DNA from: a virus
Reading direction: 5' to 3' (one strand)
DNA length: 64,000 nucleotides
Virus record (IMG/VR): IMGVR_UViG_3300034111_001103
Location: 64,001 to 128,000 of that record
Shown in pieces: positions 37,204 through 48,114 of the stretch; the first letter of the stretch is position 1, and every line of letters begins with the position of its first letter. A program made the translations under genes and the position numbers. Below the pieces are notes generated by a model that saw only the letters and a list, made by a program, of their open reading frames with translations, was not told where the DNA came from and ran no database searches.

Positions 37204-37451
37204 TGGGAGAAAATAAAGCATATATCAATCTATTACAATCTATAGATTGGACAGATTATACAAAAGCACAAGCAGGTTATGTAGATTTATGTATTGTGTT
37301 GAGAATAGAACTAGAAAAGATTAAAGATTCTTTTTTAATGGAAGGTAAACCTAAAGAAGAAAAATTTATAAATACTTTAGAACAAGTAATGTCATTATTA
37401 TCTTTGTTAGATGAAGAAAAATTAGATAAAGTATTAGCAAATGATATATAA
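37203..37451 (+). CDS. hypothetical protein
   Basis: ORF track. Confidence 0.6.
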   Translation: MGENKAYINLLQSIDWTDYTKAQAGYVDLCIVLRIELEKIKDSFLMEGKPKEEKFINTLEQVMSLLSLLDEEKLDKVLANDI

Positions 37452-38115
37452 AAAATATACTATAGAAATACCTAACTATATAACCCATATTGAATTATCT
37501 AAAGCTAGAAGACCTAAATATTATAAAGTTACAGAAGAAGATAAAATACCTAAGAAACATAAAAAATTAGGTATTACTTATGATAAAAAAGGTATGGCTT
37601 TAGATAGTAATGGAGAGAAAATAGTTAAAAATACTAGAGTAGCAGGTACACCTAAATTATGGAAGATTAATTCCCAGGATTTATATTCTGGGAATCTTCA
37701 TCATCATTCTAGAGCTAAAATAATGGTAGAATTACATAAATACTTTGTAGATGTAGTGACTAAAAATTTACTTAAATCTTTGAAAGACAATAAAATAGAA
37801 CTAGAAGAAGGACAAAAATTAGCTTTCTACTATACTTTTGAAGGTTCTTTAAGTAAAAATAAAAGTGATTTAGGAAACAAAGCTTATCTTTATGATAAAG
37901 CTTTTCAAGATACTATTACTCAAAGAGATCTTTCTAATACTAAACAACAAAATGTACATAAAATACCTATAATACAAGATGATTCTTTAGGTTATGTATA
38001 TAACATTAACTTCAACTTTATAGAGAAAGAAGAAGAAAAATTAATTATTAATATCTATATTTGTGATAAAGAATTTAATATTACAGATTTAATAGATAAA
38101 ACATTTAAATTATGA
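37441..38115 (+). CDS. putative RusA-like Holliday junction resolvase
   Basis: DLGN..Y.KAFQD..IQDDS acidic pattern. Confidence 0.6.
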   Translation: MIYKKYTIEIPNYITHIELSKARRPKYYKVTEEDKIPKKHKKLGITYDKKGMALDSNGEKIVKNTRVAGTPKLWKINSQDLYSGNLHHHSRAKIMVELHKYFVDVVTKNLLKSLKDNKIELEEGQKLAFYYTFEGSLSKNKSDLGNKAYLYDKAFQDTITQRDLSNTKQQNVHKIPIIQDDSLGYVYNINFNFIEKEEEKLIINIYICDKEFNITDLIDKTFKL

Positions 38116-38274
38116 ATAAATTAAAAAAATTACTTAAAGAAAACTTTGGAGATTTATGTTATTTAGGAGAAAACGAAACTATAATATACTATAAAGAAGG
38201 TATAGATTTAAAGGAACTTTCTAAAGTAATTAAAGGTTATAATGTAGGTATACAATTAAATTTATTATAAGTAA

Positions 38275-40290
38275 ATGGCAAATTATATTATCACAAAAGA
38301 CCAGAATTTTTTTCAGAAAATAGGAGATTATAATTATTGTAATCTTGAAGATATGATACTACCTGATACTATTGCATATGATAGTGAAACTACTTCATTA
38401 AAACCTATATTAGGAAATATATTTGCTACACAAATAGGTACAGGAGAAAATAATTATCTTATACATTGTTATGATAATAATTATGAACCTAAAGATGTAA
38501 TACCTTATTTAGAGGGTAAAACATTAATAGGTCATAATTTATTATTTGATTTAGGATTTTTATATAAATATGGGTTTTATCCTACCAGTACTAAAGATAC
38601 TTTTATAGCTTCTAAGTTATTATATAATGGTATTATGGAATATAGACATGATTTTGGTGCTGTATTTTATAGAGAATTAGGTATTATTTATGATAAAACA
38701 GAGCAAAAAAATATACATTCTGTTAAATTATCAACTCAAACAAGTATTCAATATTGTTTCAATGATGTAGATAGATTAATAGAATTACATAATTTTTTGG
38801 AAAATAAACTTTATCAACAAGGCTATAAAGAAACATATGATTTACATTGTAAACATATTCAAGCTTTAGCTTATATAGAACAATGTGGCGTTCCTTTATC
38901 TGAAAAAGCTTGGTTATCTAAAGTAGAAAAAGATAAAGAAGTTAAAAAAGAAAAAGAATTACAAGTTATTGAATATATTTATAATAACTTACCTCAATTT
39001 AGAGATAATCAAATAGATATGTTTGATACTTCTAAAAGATTAAAAATATCTATATCTTCAGCTAAACAAATGATTGATGTGTTTAAAGAACTAAAAATTA
39101 ATATAATTACTTCTGAAGGAAAAGAAAGTATAGGAGAGGATATTATTAATAAATCATCTCATGAATTTGTTAAAATATGGTTAGAATATCAATCTGCTTC
39201 TCATGATGTATCTACTTTTGGTCAAAATATATTAGATAAAGTAATACAAGGAAGAATTTACAGCACCTATAATCCTATTTTAGATACTGCTAGGATTTCT
39301 ACCAGAAGAGGAGATATTAATACACTTAATCTTCCTGCTAATCAAAGAACTAGAGAATGTATAGAAGCTAAAGAAGGTTTTCAAATGATTGTATCTGATT
39401 ATGCTGGACAAGAAAATATAGTAGGTGCTGACATATCTGGAGATGAAATGATGATAGCTTCTGTAGTACAAGATTTAGATTTACATTGTGCTTTTGCTAG
39501 AGTATTATATCCTGAAGAATTACAAGATTTAAGTGATGAAGAGATTATTAAAGACCATAAATCTAAAAGAAACTCAGCTAAAGCTCCAAGATTTTTATTT
39601 GCTTATGGTGGTAATGCATTTACTTTACATCAAAATGAAGGCATTCCTATAGAAAGAGCACAACAAATAGAAAATTCTTTTAAAGAATTACATTCAGGTT
39701 TATATGAAACAGGTAATAAAAAATTACAAGAAGCTACTAAATTAGGATATATTGAATCTGCTTTAGGATTTAAATTACATTTACCTTATTATAAAGAATA
39801 TAAAGAATTAGAAACTAAAATACAAGCTATTACTAAAGATAATTGGGATTTATATAAAATAGGTAAAAAAGAGTATAAAGCTCAATTTAAAGCTAAAGAG
39901 GATAAAAAAGAATATACTATTTTAAATCAAATAGCTTATAATTATTATTATAATAATAAAAGTAAAATATCTAAATTTTTTAAACTAAAATCTCAATATA
40001 TGAGATTATGTTTAAATAATCCTGTACAAGCTACTTCTGCTCATCAAACCAAACAAGCTACTATAGCTTTATTTAATTTTATTAAAAAAAATAATCATAT
40101 AGGTAAAGCTAAAATAGTATTAGTAGTTCATGATGAAATAGTTATGGAAGTAGAAGATAATTTAACAGAATTATATAAACAAAAATTAGGAGAAATTATG
40201 GTTACAGAGGGTAATAAATTTATTAAAAACCCTATATTAACCATAAAAGCAGATGCAAATGTTGGTAAAAACTGGTATTTAGCTAAATAG
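38275..40290 (+). CDS. polA: DNA polymerase family A with 3'-5' exonuclease
   Basis: YDSET, GHNLLFD, SDYAGQE, R..AK...F...YGG, VHDE. Confidence 0.95.
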   Translation: MANYIITKDQNFFQKIGDYNYCNLEDMILPDTIAYDSETTSLKPILGNIFATQIGTGENNYLIHCYDNNYEPKDVIPYLEGKTLIGHNLLFDLGFLYKYGFYPTSTKDTFIASKLLYNGIMEYRHDFGAVFYRELGIIYDKTEQKNIHSVKLSTQTSIQYCFNDVDRLIELHNFLENKLYQQGYKETYDLHCKHIQALAYIEQCGVPLSEKAWLSKVEKDKEVKKEKELQVIEYIYNNLPQFRDNQIDMFDTSKRLKISISSAKQMIDVFKELKINIITSEGKESIGEDIINKSSHEFVKIWLEYQSASHDVSTFGQNILDKVIQGRIYSTYNPILDTARISTRRGDINTLNLPANQRTRECIEAKEGFQMIVSDYAGQENIVGADISGDEMMIASVVQDLDLHCAFARVLYPEELQDLSDEEIIKDHKSKRNSAKAPRFLFAYGGNAFTLHQNEGIPIERAQQIENSFKELHSGLYETGNKKLQEATKLGYIESALGFKLHLPYYKEYKELETKIQAITKDNWDLYKIGKKEYKAQFKAKEDKKEYTILNQIAYNYYYNNKSKISKFFKLKSQYMRLCLNNPVQATSAHQTKQATIALFNFIKKNNHIGKAKIVLVVHDEIVMEVEDNLTELYKQKLGEIMVTEGNKFIKNPILTIKADANVGKNWYLAK

Positions 40291-40312
40291 ATAAAAACAA
40301 ACAAATATAATT

Positions 40313-41089
40313 ATGGCAAAAATAGAAATGGATATATCAGAATATGATATAATGAGAGAAAATAAGACATTGTTAGAGAAGTCTTTAGAAAATGAAAGAT
40401 TGTTACAGAAAGATATTGAAAAACTACAAGAAGAAAAAATAAAAGCATTAGAAGATGCTAAAATGAAAGTAGTTAAAATTACAAAAACTGAAAAAAGAGA
40501 AGTTTTATATAATCATTGTGATGAATATAGTGCTTATCAAAAATTATGTACTTTTTTAGGTTTAAATGTGAAAGATAATACACATTTTTTAAGAAGTAGA
40601 GTACATTATCAAGATTTAATAGAGACTTTTTTTGTTAAAAATGAATATTTTACTCCTACTACAGAAGAAATAACTTTACATGGTTTAGATGAAATTAAAG
40701 TTGAAATTAGAGAAAATCTTAGGAAGGAATTGAATAAAGAAATTCAAAACAAATTAGACAAAGCAGAAAAAACTCTATTAGAACATACTAAACTATTAGA
40801 ATCTAATCAAAAATTAATGTCTGATAATGCTGATTTATTTAAATATAATGAAAGTTTGTTAAAAGAAAGACAAAAATTACAATCTCAATTAGAAATTCAA
40901 AAAGAAACTATAACTAAAGAATTGACAGAATCTATTACTAAAGAAGAGTATAAAAAAGTAGAAAAAGAAATAACTGAAGGTCAAATAGCTATTAAAATAG
41001 TTAGTAAGATAAAAGAGATATTAGGGGATGGTTATAGATTATTTAATAAATCTGATTTATTAGATAAAATTATAAATTTAACAAAATAA
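40313..41089 (+). CDS. coiled-coil hypothetical protein
   Basis: ORF track. Confidence 0.75.
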   Translation: MAKIEMDISEYDIMRENKTLLEKSLENERLLQKDIEKLQEEKIKALEDAKMKVVKITKTEKREVLYNHCDEYSAYQKLCTFLGLNVKDNTHFLRSRVHYQDLIETFFVKNEYFTPTTEEITLHGLDEIKVEIRENLRKELNKEIQNKLDKAEKTLLEHTKLLESNQKLMSDNADLFKYNESLLKERQKLQSQLEIQKETITKELTESITKEEYKKVEKEITEGQIAIKIVSKIKEILGDGYRLFNKSDLLDKIINLTK

Positions 41090-41159
41090 AATTTTTATAT
41101 TCACTATATTATATTATATTTACACATTATTAAACAAAAAAAAATTAAATTAAAAAAGT

Positions 41160-42143
41160 ATGAATTTACCACAAAGAGAACAGACAAACACAGAAAAGAA
41201 ATTATATGTAGGGTATGGAGAATCTACATTAGTAGGAATTAATCCTACAAAAGAAGAACTTATGACATTATTAGGCATAGATAATGAAGAAACTATTGCT
41301 AAATTTAAAGATCCTGAATATACAGGAGAAACTACAGAAGGAGATAAATACTTCAGATTAGCTTTTTATGTTAGAAATACAAGAACAGAACAAATAGATC
41401 AATTGAGTTTTCAAGTAACAGACAAAGAAAGAGTATCTAAAGAAGGTAAACCAGAATGGGTTAATCAATTGGGAGCTAATCAATGGGCTATAACAGAAGA
41501 TGAATTATGGGATAATTTTAAATCTTTTAGTAAAGTATTAAGTTGGAAAAATGTAGATGGTAGTGTTACAGAAAAATATAATGCTGGAGCTAAACCAGAA
41601 AAAGTAGATAATTTAGGAGATAAAGTATTTAGAAAAGCTTTAGAAGGAGAAGTTGCTGTATATAGCTTTATGATTAATATGTTTAATTTAGATATATATA
41701 GTCAAGATTTAAATCTTTTATTAGATATACCTACTATGCTAAAAGGAAACTTTAAATCACTAAGAAAGACTCTAATGGACATCAGATTTGATGTTAGTGG
41801 AAATGAAAAAACTGTAGTATGTTCTTATGGAGTTAAGTTGAAAGATGATGGAACTCCTGTACAAACTGTTTATAACAGAGCATTTTTACCTGGATATATG
41901 TTTAAAAATGTAAAAGCTTATAATCTAGACCCTACTAAATTAGCTTCTTTAGTACAAGTTAAAGAAGCTAAATCTAGAAAAATTACTCCAGTAGAAACAT
42001 TTTTAATAGACACTATGGATGAAATAAATGGATTTAGAAAAAGTAGCTATTTCTTACCACAGGAAATAGATATTTATGACTCTTCAAAAAACTTTTTAGC
42101 TTCTGGAGCAGTTGTAGCTAGTAGTACAAGTGATGATTATTAG
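41160..42143 (+). CDS. putative ssDNA-binding / replication protein
   Basis: INPT.EEL motif, acidic C-terminal tail (SDDY), position between Pol and helicase. Confidence 0.55.
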   Translation: MNLPQREQTNTEKKLYVGYGESTLVGINPTKEELMTLLGIDNEETIAKFKDPEYTGETTEGDKYFRLAFYVRNTRTEQIDQLSFQVTDKERVSKEGKPEWVNQLGANQWAITEDELWDNFKSFSKVLSWKNVDGSVTEKYNAGAKPEKVDNLGDKVFRKALEGEVAVYSFMINMFNLDIYSQDLNLLLDIPTMLKGNFKSLRKTLMDIRFDVSGNEKTVVCSYGVKLKDDGTPVQTVYNRAFLPGYMFKNVKAYNLDPTKLASLVQVKEAKSRKITPVETFLIDTMDEINGFRKSSYFLPQEIDIYDSSKNFLASGAVVASSTSDDY

Positions 42144-42167
42144 TAAATAAATTATATTAAGTCTTAG

Positions 42168-42207
42168 ACCCTCTTATATAATTTAAAAAGTATAAGAGGG
42201 TTTTTTA
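42168..42207 (+). terminator. intrinsic terminator
   Basis: ACCCTCTTATA...TATAAGAGGGT then T-run. Confidence 0.7.
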
Positions 42208-42235
42208 ATAATTATAATTAAAAAAAAACAAAACT

Positions 42236-42829
42236 ATGTACAACTTAGAAACTTTATTAAAAATAAAAGAACTAGGTTTATCTGTAAGGTATTATCTTCT
42301 ATTAAAATTAGTAGAAGATAATGCTCTTTTTAACTTTAGAGAAGAATATTTAGATATTATAGTAGGTATGAAAACTGAAGGTTTTCTAACAAATACTGAA
42401 GAATTAACTACTAAAGGTTATGAAATTTTAAAGGAAATAGAAGGTAAAAATGATACAAAAGGTATTAATTATCCTCTTTTACATAAAAAACTTCAAGATG
42501 AATTGTTTAAACTTACAGGAGAAAGACAATATAGAGTAGATGGTAAATATTCTTTTTTTCCAAATTTAAAAGATTTCACAGATAAACTTAAAAAAGTAGT
42601 TCTAAAATATAAACTAAAAGACTACAATAAAATAGAAACTATACTCTTAAATCACATAAGAAAAGCTGTAAAAGCTAATTTTAAATATATTCCTCTCTTA
42701 GGATACTATATAAGTAAAGATAGTAAGAGTATGTTAGTAGATGATTATGAGAATTATGATGGAAAAGAAAATACAACTATTCAAGCTAATCACAATACAA
42801 GTACACCAATAAACACATTTGATATATAA
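42236..42829 (+). CDS. hypothetical protein (winged-helix-like, possible helicase loader/initiator)
   Basis: LTTKG wing-like motif; coupled to the DnaB gene. Confidence 0.6.
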   Translation: MYNLETLLKIKELGLSVRYYLLLKLVEDNALFNFREEYLDIIVGMKTEGFLTNTEELTTKGYEILKEIEGKNDTKGINYPLLHKKLQDELFKLTGERQYRVDGKYSFFPNLKDFTDKLKKVVLKYKLKDYNKIETILLNHIRKAVKANFKYIPLLGYYISKDSKSMLVDDYENYDGKENTTIQANHNTSTPINTFDI

Positions 42830-43962
42830 TGATAGATTATTTTGATGATTTAGAGAAAGAAATAACAGAAGGATTAAATAAAGAACTTATTTCAATGGGT
42901 TTTGATAGATTAAATTATCATATAGGGTTAAGAAAAGCTACTTATTACCTAATAGGAGGTTTTACAGGTTCAGGAAAAACTACATTTTTAGATGATGCTT
43001 TTGTATTAAATCCTTATGAGTTTGTTTTATCTCCTAAAAATACTAAAGGATTGAAGTTAAAAATCTTCTATTTTTCTATGGAAAGAAGAAAAAACTACAA
43101 AATAGCTAAATGGATAAGTAGAAAAATATTTACTGATACAGGTCAAATTATATCTGTAAATAAGATTTTAGGTTGGGTTTCTAAAGAAAATAAATTAACT
43201 GCTGAAGAACTAGAAATAGTAAAATCTTACAAAGATTATATAAATACTATGTTAAATAATGTAGTTACTATTATAGAAAATCCTCAAAATCCTATGGGTA
43301 TTAAAAAAACTATAGATGCTTATGCTGAAGCTAATGGTAAAAAAGTAAAAATAGATGAACATAATTATAAATATATCCCTAATGACCCTAATGAGCATGT
43401 TATAGTAATTTATGACCATATTGGTTTACAAAAGAAAGAAACCAGAAGTTATCCTAATGGAGATAAAGTTAGATTATCCTCTAAAAAAGAAATTATAGAT
43501 CAATCTTCAGAAGATGCTAGAAAATTTAGAGATGTTTATGGTTATACTATAGTAAAAATATCTCAATTTAACAGAGATATATCTAACCCTATAAGATTAA
43601 AAAATGGAGATGTAGAACCTATGTTAGAGGACTTTAAAGATTCTGCATCAACACAAGAAGATAGTGAGGTATGTATAGCTTTATTTGATCCAATGAGATA
43701 TAAAATACCTGACCCTATTGGTTATAATTTAGAAAAATTAAGAAACTCTTATGGTAATAAAATGTATAGAAGTATTAAAATATTAAAGAATAGTTATGGC
43801 TCAGATGATGTCAGAATTGGACTTGCCTTTAATCCAGTAGTGGGAATCTTCAAAGAAATGCCTAAAGTTCAAGATACTACTGAAGAAACTTATAAATCTA
43901 TTATAGATAATACTTACTTTACACAAAGAAAATTAACACCTTTAAAAGAATTAAAACTATAA
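42829..43962 (+). CDS. dnaB: DnaB-like replicative helicase
   Basis: GFTGSGKT, FSME, YDHIGL, SQFNR, DFKDS. Confidence 0.9.
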   Translation: MIDYFDDLEKEITEGLNKELISMGFDRLNYHIGLRKATYYLIGGFTGSGKTTFLDDAFVLNPYEFVLSPKNTKGLKLKIFYFSMERRKNYKIAKWISRKIFTDTGQIISVNKILGWVSKENKLTAEELEIVKSYKDYINTMLNNVVTIIENPQNPMGIKKTIDAYAEANGKKVKIDEHNYKYIPNDPNEHVIVIYDHIGLQKKETRSYPNGDKVRLSSKKEIIDQSSEDARKFRDVYGYTIVKISQFNRDISNPIRLKNGDVEPMLEDFKDSASTQEDSEVCIALFDPMRYKIPDPIGYNLEKLRNSYGNKMYRSIKILKNSYGSDDVRIGLAFNPVVGIFKEMPKVQDTTEETYKSIIDNTYFTQRKLTPLKELKL

Positions 43963-44831
43963 TGCAATTAGAACTTAAATATCAAAAGACTAAAACTCTT
44001 AATATTAAAGAGAATGGTAGGTCATCTGACTGGGTAACCCCCAATTTTATTATGGGATGCAATGCTGGATGTTCTAATAGTTATTGTTATACTAGAAGAT
44101 TTGGAAGAAAATATATTTATATTAATACTAATGTAGATGAAATATTAGAATCAATAAGACAACATTCTTTAAAATTAGGTACTAAAATCCCTAATCAAAC
44201 AGATTTAAAGTATTGGACTTTTGATGTGGGATGTGATGTAGATCTTAATTATCATTGGAAAGATTATAATTGGGATAAAGTATTAAAGTTTTTTACAGAA
44301 ACTCCTAATATTAAAGCTACTTTTGCTACTAAATTTGTTAATAATCAATTACTACCTTATGGTAATGAAAAACTAAGAATTAGATATAGTTTAATGCCTC
44401 AACATATGTCTGATATTTTAGAACCTAAAACTTTTAAAATAGAGAAAAGGATTGAAGCTATTAATAAATTTATAGAGCATGGTTGGGATGTACATATTAA
44501 TTTTAGTCCTATTGTATATACTAATACTTGGAAAAAAGATTATGAAGAATTATTTAAACTAATAGATCAGAAAGTATTATATAAAGATAAAGTAGCTTGT
44601 GAAGTTATATTTTTAACTCATAATCAAAACTTACATAATATTAATTTAGAACAAAATGCTATAGAAATAGAAAACCTACTTTGGAAACCAGAAATACAAG
44701 AAACTAAAATATCTCAATATGGAGGAGAAAATATTAGGTATCAATGGGAGTTTAAAAATCAATTAATTAATGAATTTAAAGAATTACATAATAATATCAT
44801 ACCTTGGTGTAATATTAGGTATATTTTTTAA
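43962..44831 (+). CDS. spore photoproduct lyase-like radical SAM protein
   Basis: GCNAGCSNSYCY, FATK, RIRYSLMPQ, RIEAIN, VHINFSP. Confidence 0.8.
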   Translation: MQLELKYQKTKTLNIKENGRSSDWVTPNFIMGCNAGCSNSYCYTRRFGRKYIYINTNVDEILESIRQHSLKLGTKIPNQTDLKYWTFDVGCDVDLNYHWKDYNWDKVLKFFTETPNIKATFATKFVNNQLLPYGNEKLRIRYSLMPQHMSDILEPKTFKIEKRIEAINKFIEHGWDVHINFSPIVYTNTWKKDYEELFKLIDQKVLYKDKVACEVIFLTHNQNLHNINLEQNAIEIENLLWKPEIQETKISQYGGENIRYQWEFKNQLINEFKELHNNIIPWCNIRYIF

Positions 44832-44852
44832 AATAAAAACATAAAAACTATT

Positions 44853-45152
44853 ATGATACAAACAACAGATCAATTATTTAACTATTATAAAGAACATGTT
44901 GCTTTAACAGAAGGACATTACGCTTATTTAATAGATAAAGAAGATTTTAAAGAAGCATTAAAAAAATTTGCTACTTTACATGTTGAAAAAGCATTAGAAC
45001 AAGCATTTTTAAATAGTGAAATGAGAGTTTCAGAAAATGATACAAATGAAACACCTGGTTTTACTAATAATTATGATGATGGTTATGTAACTATTACAGT
45101 AAGTAAAGATTCTATTTTAAATGCTTATAATATAGAAGAAAATATAAAATAA
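44853..45152 (+). CDS. hypothetical phage protein
   Basis: FA.LHVE.AL..KDSILNAY..ENIK family. Confidence 0.75.
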   Translation: MIQTTDQLFNYYKEHVALTEGHYAYLIDKEDFKEALKKFATLHVEKALEQAFLNSEMRVSENDTNETPGFTNNYDDGYVTITVSKDSILNAYNIEENIK

Positions 45153-45682
45153 TGAAAGATAAATATACAATAGGTAATTATTATAAAATCCCTTGTATAG
45201 AATATAAAGAAGTTTATAATAGATTAGAGCAAGTAAAGTTATATGAGTTAAATATAGGTTATCCTACATATAAAAAATTTGAATATATTTATTATTTACC
45301 TGTTACTTCAGAAAAACCTCATAGTGATAGAGAAAATGGACAAAATTACTTACATTATCATGTAGATTATAGATTTGAATTTGGAGAAAAAAGTAAACAT
45401 TATTTATTTGAAGATAGTAATATTAGATTAGAACATACTAAAAATACTAAAATAGTCTATATGATGATGAAATGTATAAAAAAATCTAATGAATTTACCA
45501 CTCCTGTAAGTTATATAAAAAACTCTAAACTAAAACATAAATGTATAATAAAAGGTAAATGTCCTCACAGAGGTCAAAACTTAACTTTAGAACCTGATAT
45601 TAATGGAGTAATAACTTGTCCTAATCATGGTTTACAATTTGATGCTATAACTAAACAATTAATAACAAATAATGATAAATAA
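45152..45682 (+). CDS. protein with C-terminal Rieske-type motif
   Basis: CPH-x16-CPNH. Confidence 0.65.
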   Translation: MKDKYTIGNYYKIPCIEYKEVYNRLEQVKLYELNIGYPTYKKFEYIYYLPVTSEKPHSDRENGQNYLHYHVDYRFEFGEKSKHYLFEDSNIRLEHTKNTKIVYMMMKCIKKSNEFTTPVSYIKNSKLKHKCIIKGKCPHRGQNLTLEPDINGVITCPNHGLQFDAITKQLITNNDK

Positions 45683-45890
45683 CAAAGATTTACCAGGAAC
45701 AAATAGTGAAACTTTTAAAATTAGATTTACTGAAGATTGGTTTCAAAAAAGTGAAACAGGTATATACAATACTCATAAATTACTAATACTAGAAATACCT
45801 CATAAAAAATGGTATAAACAATTATTACAATTTATTAGTTTTGGACTATATGAAGCTCCTATTCAATACAAAGTAATACAAATTAAATAA
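45672..45890 (+). CDS. hypothetical protein
   Basis: ORF track. Confidence 0.6.
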   Translation: MINNKDLPGTNSETFKIRFTEDWFQKSETGIYNTHKLLILEIPHKKWYKQLLQFISFGLYEAPIQYKVIQIK

Positions 45891-45897
45891 AATAAAA

Positions 45898-46737
45898 ATG
45901 AATTTAGTAACAAAAAGTAATAATGATTATATAGAACCTATTCCACATGACAATAATATTAATAGTATTATAAGTGATTTTAATGTGAAAGAGGAAAAAG
46001 TAGTTGTATTTGATGCTGATAGCTTACCTTTTATTTGTAGTTATCAGCCTAAAAATGATGAATTTGGTAATCCTACAGAATATTATACTAAAAAAAATGG
46101 GGGTTTTGATATAGCTGAAGGTATTTTAAATGAGAAATTATTAGGAATTTTTAACAAAATAGAAGAATATTTTACTATAAAAACCATTTATTTATGTGTA
46201 AAAGGTAATAATAATCCTAGAAAACAATGGTTAAGTTCTTATAAAACTCATAGACCAGAAACTCCAGAAATAGTTAACTATTTGCACAATATTCTTATAG
46301 AAAAACATAATGCTTTTATAGCTCCTATAGGAGAAGCTGATGATGCAATTAAAACATTAGTAGATACTTTAGGAGATAATGCTTTAATTTGTGGAATAGA
46401 CAAAGATTTATTAACTATTTCTGGATACCATTACAACTATTCTAAAGATTTTTATCAATATATTGATGAAAAAACAGCTAATTATAACTTTTGGACCCAA
46501 GTATTGATAGGAGATAGTACAGATTTTGAAAATCTAAGCCCAAAAATAGGTAAAAAATATGCAGAAAAAGTATTAGATATAGATATGACTGAAGAAGAAT
46601 ATAAAGAAGCTGTATATAATGGGTTTTTAAAAGCTTGGAAAGGAAATGTTGATTTAGCTAAAGAAAAGATGGAATTATCTTATAAATTAGTTAAATTATG
46701 GAATTTTAAAGAATTAGAAAATGTTGAAAATAAATAA
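45898..46737 (+). CDS. 5'-3' exonuclease (T7 gp6 / RNase H-like)
   Basis: DADS, YK..R, EADD, DKDL, GDSTD..IG.K.A. Confidence 0.9.
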   Translation: MNLVTKSNNDYIEPIPHDNNINSIISDFNVKEEKVVVFDADSLPFICSYQPKNDEFGNPTEYYTKKNGGFDIAEGILNEKLLGIFNKIEEYFTIKTIYLCVKGNNNPRKQWLSSYKTHRPETPEIVNYLHNILIEKHNAFIAPIGEADDAIKTLVDTLGDNALICGIDKDLLTISGYHYNYSKDFYQYIDEKTANYNFWTQVLIGDSTDFENLSPKIGKKYAEKVLDIDMTEEEYKEAVYNGFLKAWKGNVDLAKEKMELSYKLVKLWNFKELENVENK

Positions 46738-46740
46738 AAT

Positions 46741-47037
46741 ATGGAAAAACAAGAGCAAATAGATGTAATAATTGCACATCACATGGAGCTAATTAATAAA
46801 TTAGAACATGAAAAAGCTTTACTAGATTATAATATTATTAAGTCATTTAAAACAATGAATCAAGATAATATAGCCTTAATTTCTTATGAATTTTATGATT
46901 ATATGGATAAACAAATGAAAATATGTGATAAAATTAATGAAAAATATAAATATATGACAAAAGAAGTATATGAGCTGAATGAAGTTGATTTAAGATTAAT
47001 GAATAAAAATATTGATAATTATAATAAAAGTAAATAA
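46741..47037 (+). CDS. hypothetical protein
   Basis: ORF track. Confidence 0.65.
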   Translation: MEKQEQIDVIIAHHMELINKLEHEKALLDYNIIKSFKTMNQDNIALISYEFYDYMDKQMKICDKINEKYKYMTKEVYELNEVDLRLMNKNIDNYNKSK

Positions 47038-47040
47038 AAT

Positions 47041-47487
47041 ATGAAATTAAGTAAAAAACCTACAGATTGGATTATAGCTACAGCAAATAATAATGATGAT
47101 TACTTTGTAAGTGACTTTATTATAATAAATGCAAAACAATGTATAGACTTTAAAGAAAGAATTATACCTATACTAGAAAATAATGGATTAAAAGGAGAAT
47201 ATTCTGAGCATGGAGTAATTATGTTTGAATTCTTTGACTCTAGTAATGAATATTACCCTATCATAAATGATTTTTTAGAAAATAATGAAGAAGGTTGGTC
47301 TTATATAGAATTAACAGATAAAGAATTTGAAGAAATACAAGAAAATTGTGTTATACTAGATAGTTGTGAAAATGAACTTAGAGTAGATTGTACTATTACT
47401 GGTATAGATAGAAGTGGATTTTCTTTTAAATCTTATGGAAAGTATTGTGGTACAGAACTTTATGCAAATTTACCTTTAAATATATAA
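47041..47487 (+). CDS. hypothetical protein
   Basis: ORF track. Confidence 0.7.
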   Translation: MKLSKKPTDWIIATANNNDDYFVSDFIIINAKQCIDFKERIIPILENNGLKGEYSEHGVIMFEFFDSSNEYYPIINDFLENNEEGWSYIELTDKEFEEIQENCVILDSCENELRVDCTITGIDRSGFSFKSYGKYCGTELYANLPLNI

Positions 47488-47513
47488 AATAATATTAGAT
47501 AAGAACCTTATAA

Positions 47514-47545
47514 TTTGGAATTATAAGGTTTAAGTCTTATATTTG
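47514..47545 (+). promoter_or_regulatory. Bacteroidota -33/-7 promoter overlapping a hairpin
   Basis: TTTG-N20-TATATTTG; -33 box lies in the loop of AACCTTATAAT/ATTATAAGGTT. Confidence 0.7.
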
Positions 47546-47566
47546 AAACTTAATTAAAAGAAAAAT

Positions 47567-47920
47567 ATGGAAGAAAAAATTAATTATTATTTAGTTTTAG
47601 AACAACAAACTCATTTTAATGGACATGGAGAACCTGAAGAAGGAAAACTCACTAAATTTATAACTACTAATAAATTATATGAGCAATTAATTGGTAAAGA
47701 AGGTGTTATGTTTTATGAAAATCCTGTAGAATCTTTTATAGAAGATTCTGTTTTTGTAAATATAGATAAACATTTTAGAAGTTTATTTGCTTTTCCTGAA
47801 GATAAACAAGCTCAAGATAGTTACCATTGCATTATGTATAGTTATGAAGTTAGTATTGTTTCTAAAGAAATGGCTGAAAAATTAACAGAAATTATTAAAT
47901 CTTATAAGAATATTAATTAA
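47567..47920 (+). CDS. hypothetical protein
   Basis: ORF track. Confidence 0.7.
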   Translation: MEEKINYYLVLEQQTHFNGHGEPEEGKLTKFITTNKLYEQLIGKEGVMFYENPVESFIEDSVFVNIDKHFRSLFAFPEDKQAQDSYHCIMYSYEVSIVSKEMAEKLTEIIKSYKNIN

Positions 47921-48114
47921 ATATGAATCAAAATCTAGAAGTAGGAAACTTAGAGTTAATAAAGTGGAAAGATAAACATGATATCCTTTTAGAAGAAATA
48001 TCTAATCTTTGGAAAGATATAAAAGATGCTATAGAAAGTAAAAACTTAAGGTTATTAGAAGAAAAGTTGAAGGATAGTGTAGAATTTATAAAAGAATAAA
48101 TTAAATAAAAAAAT

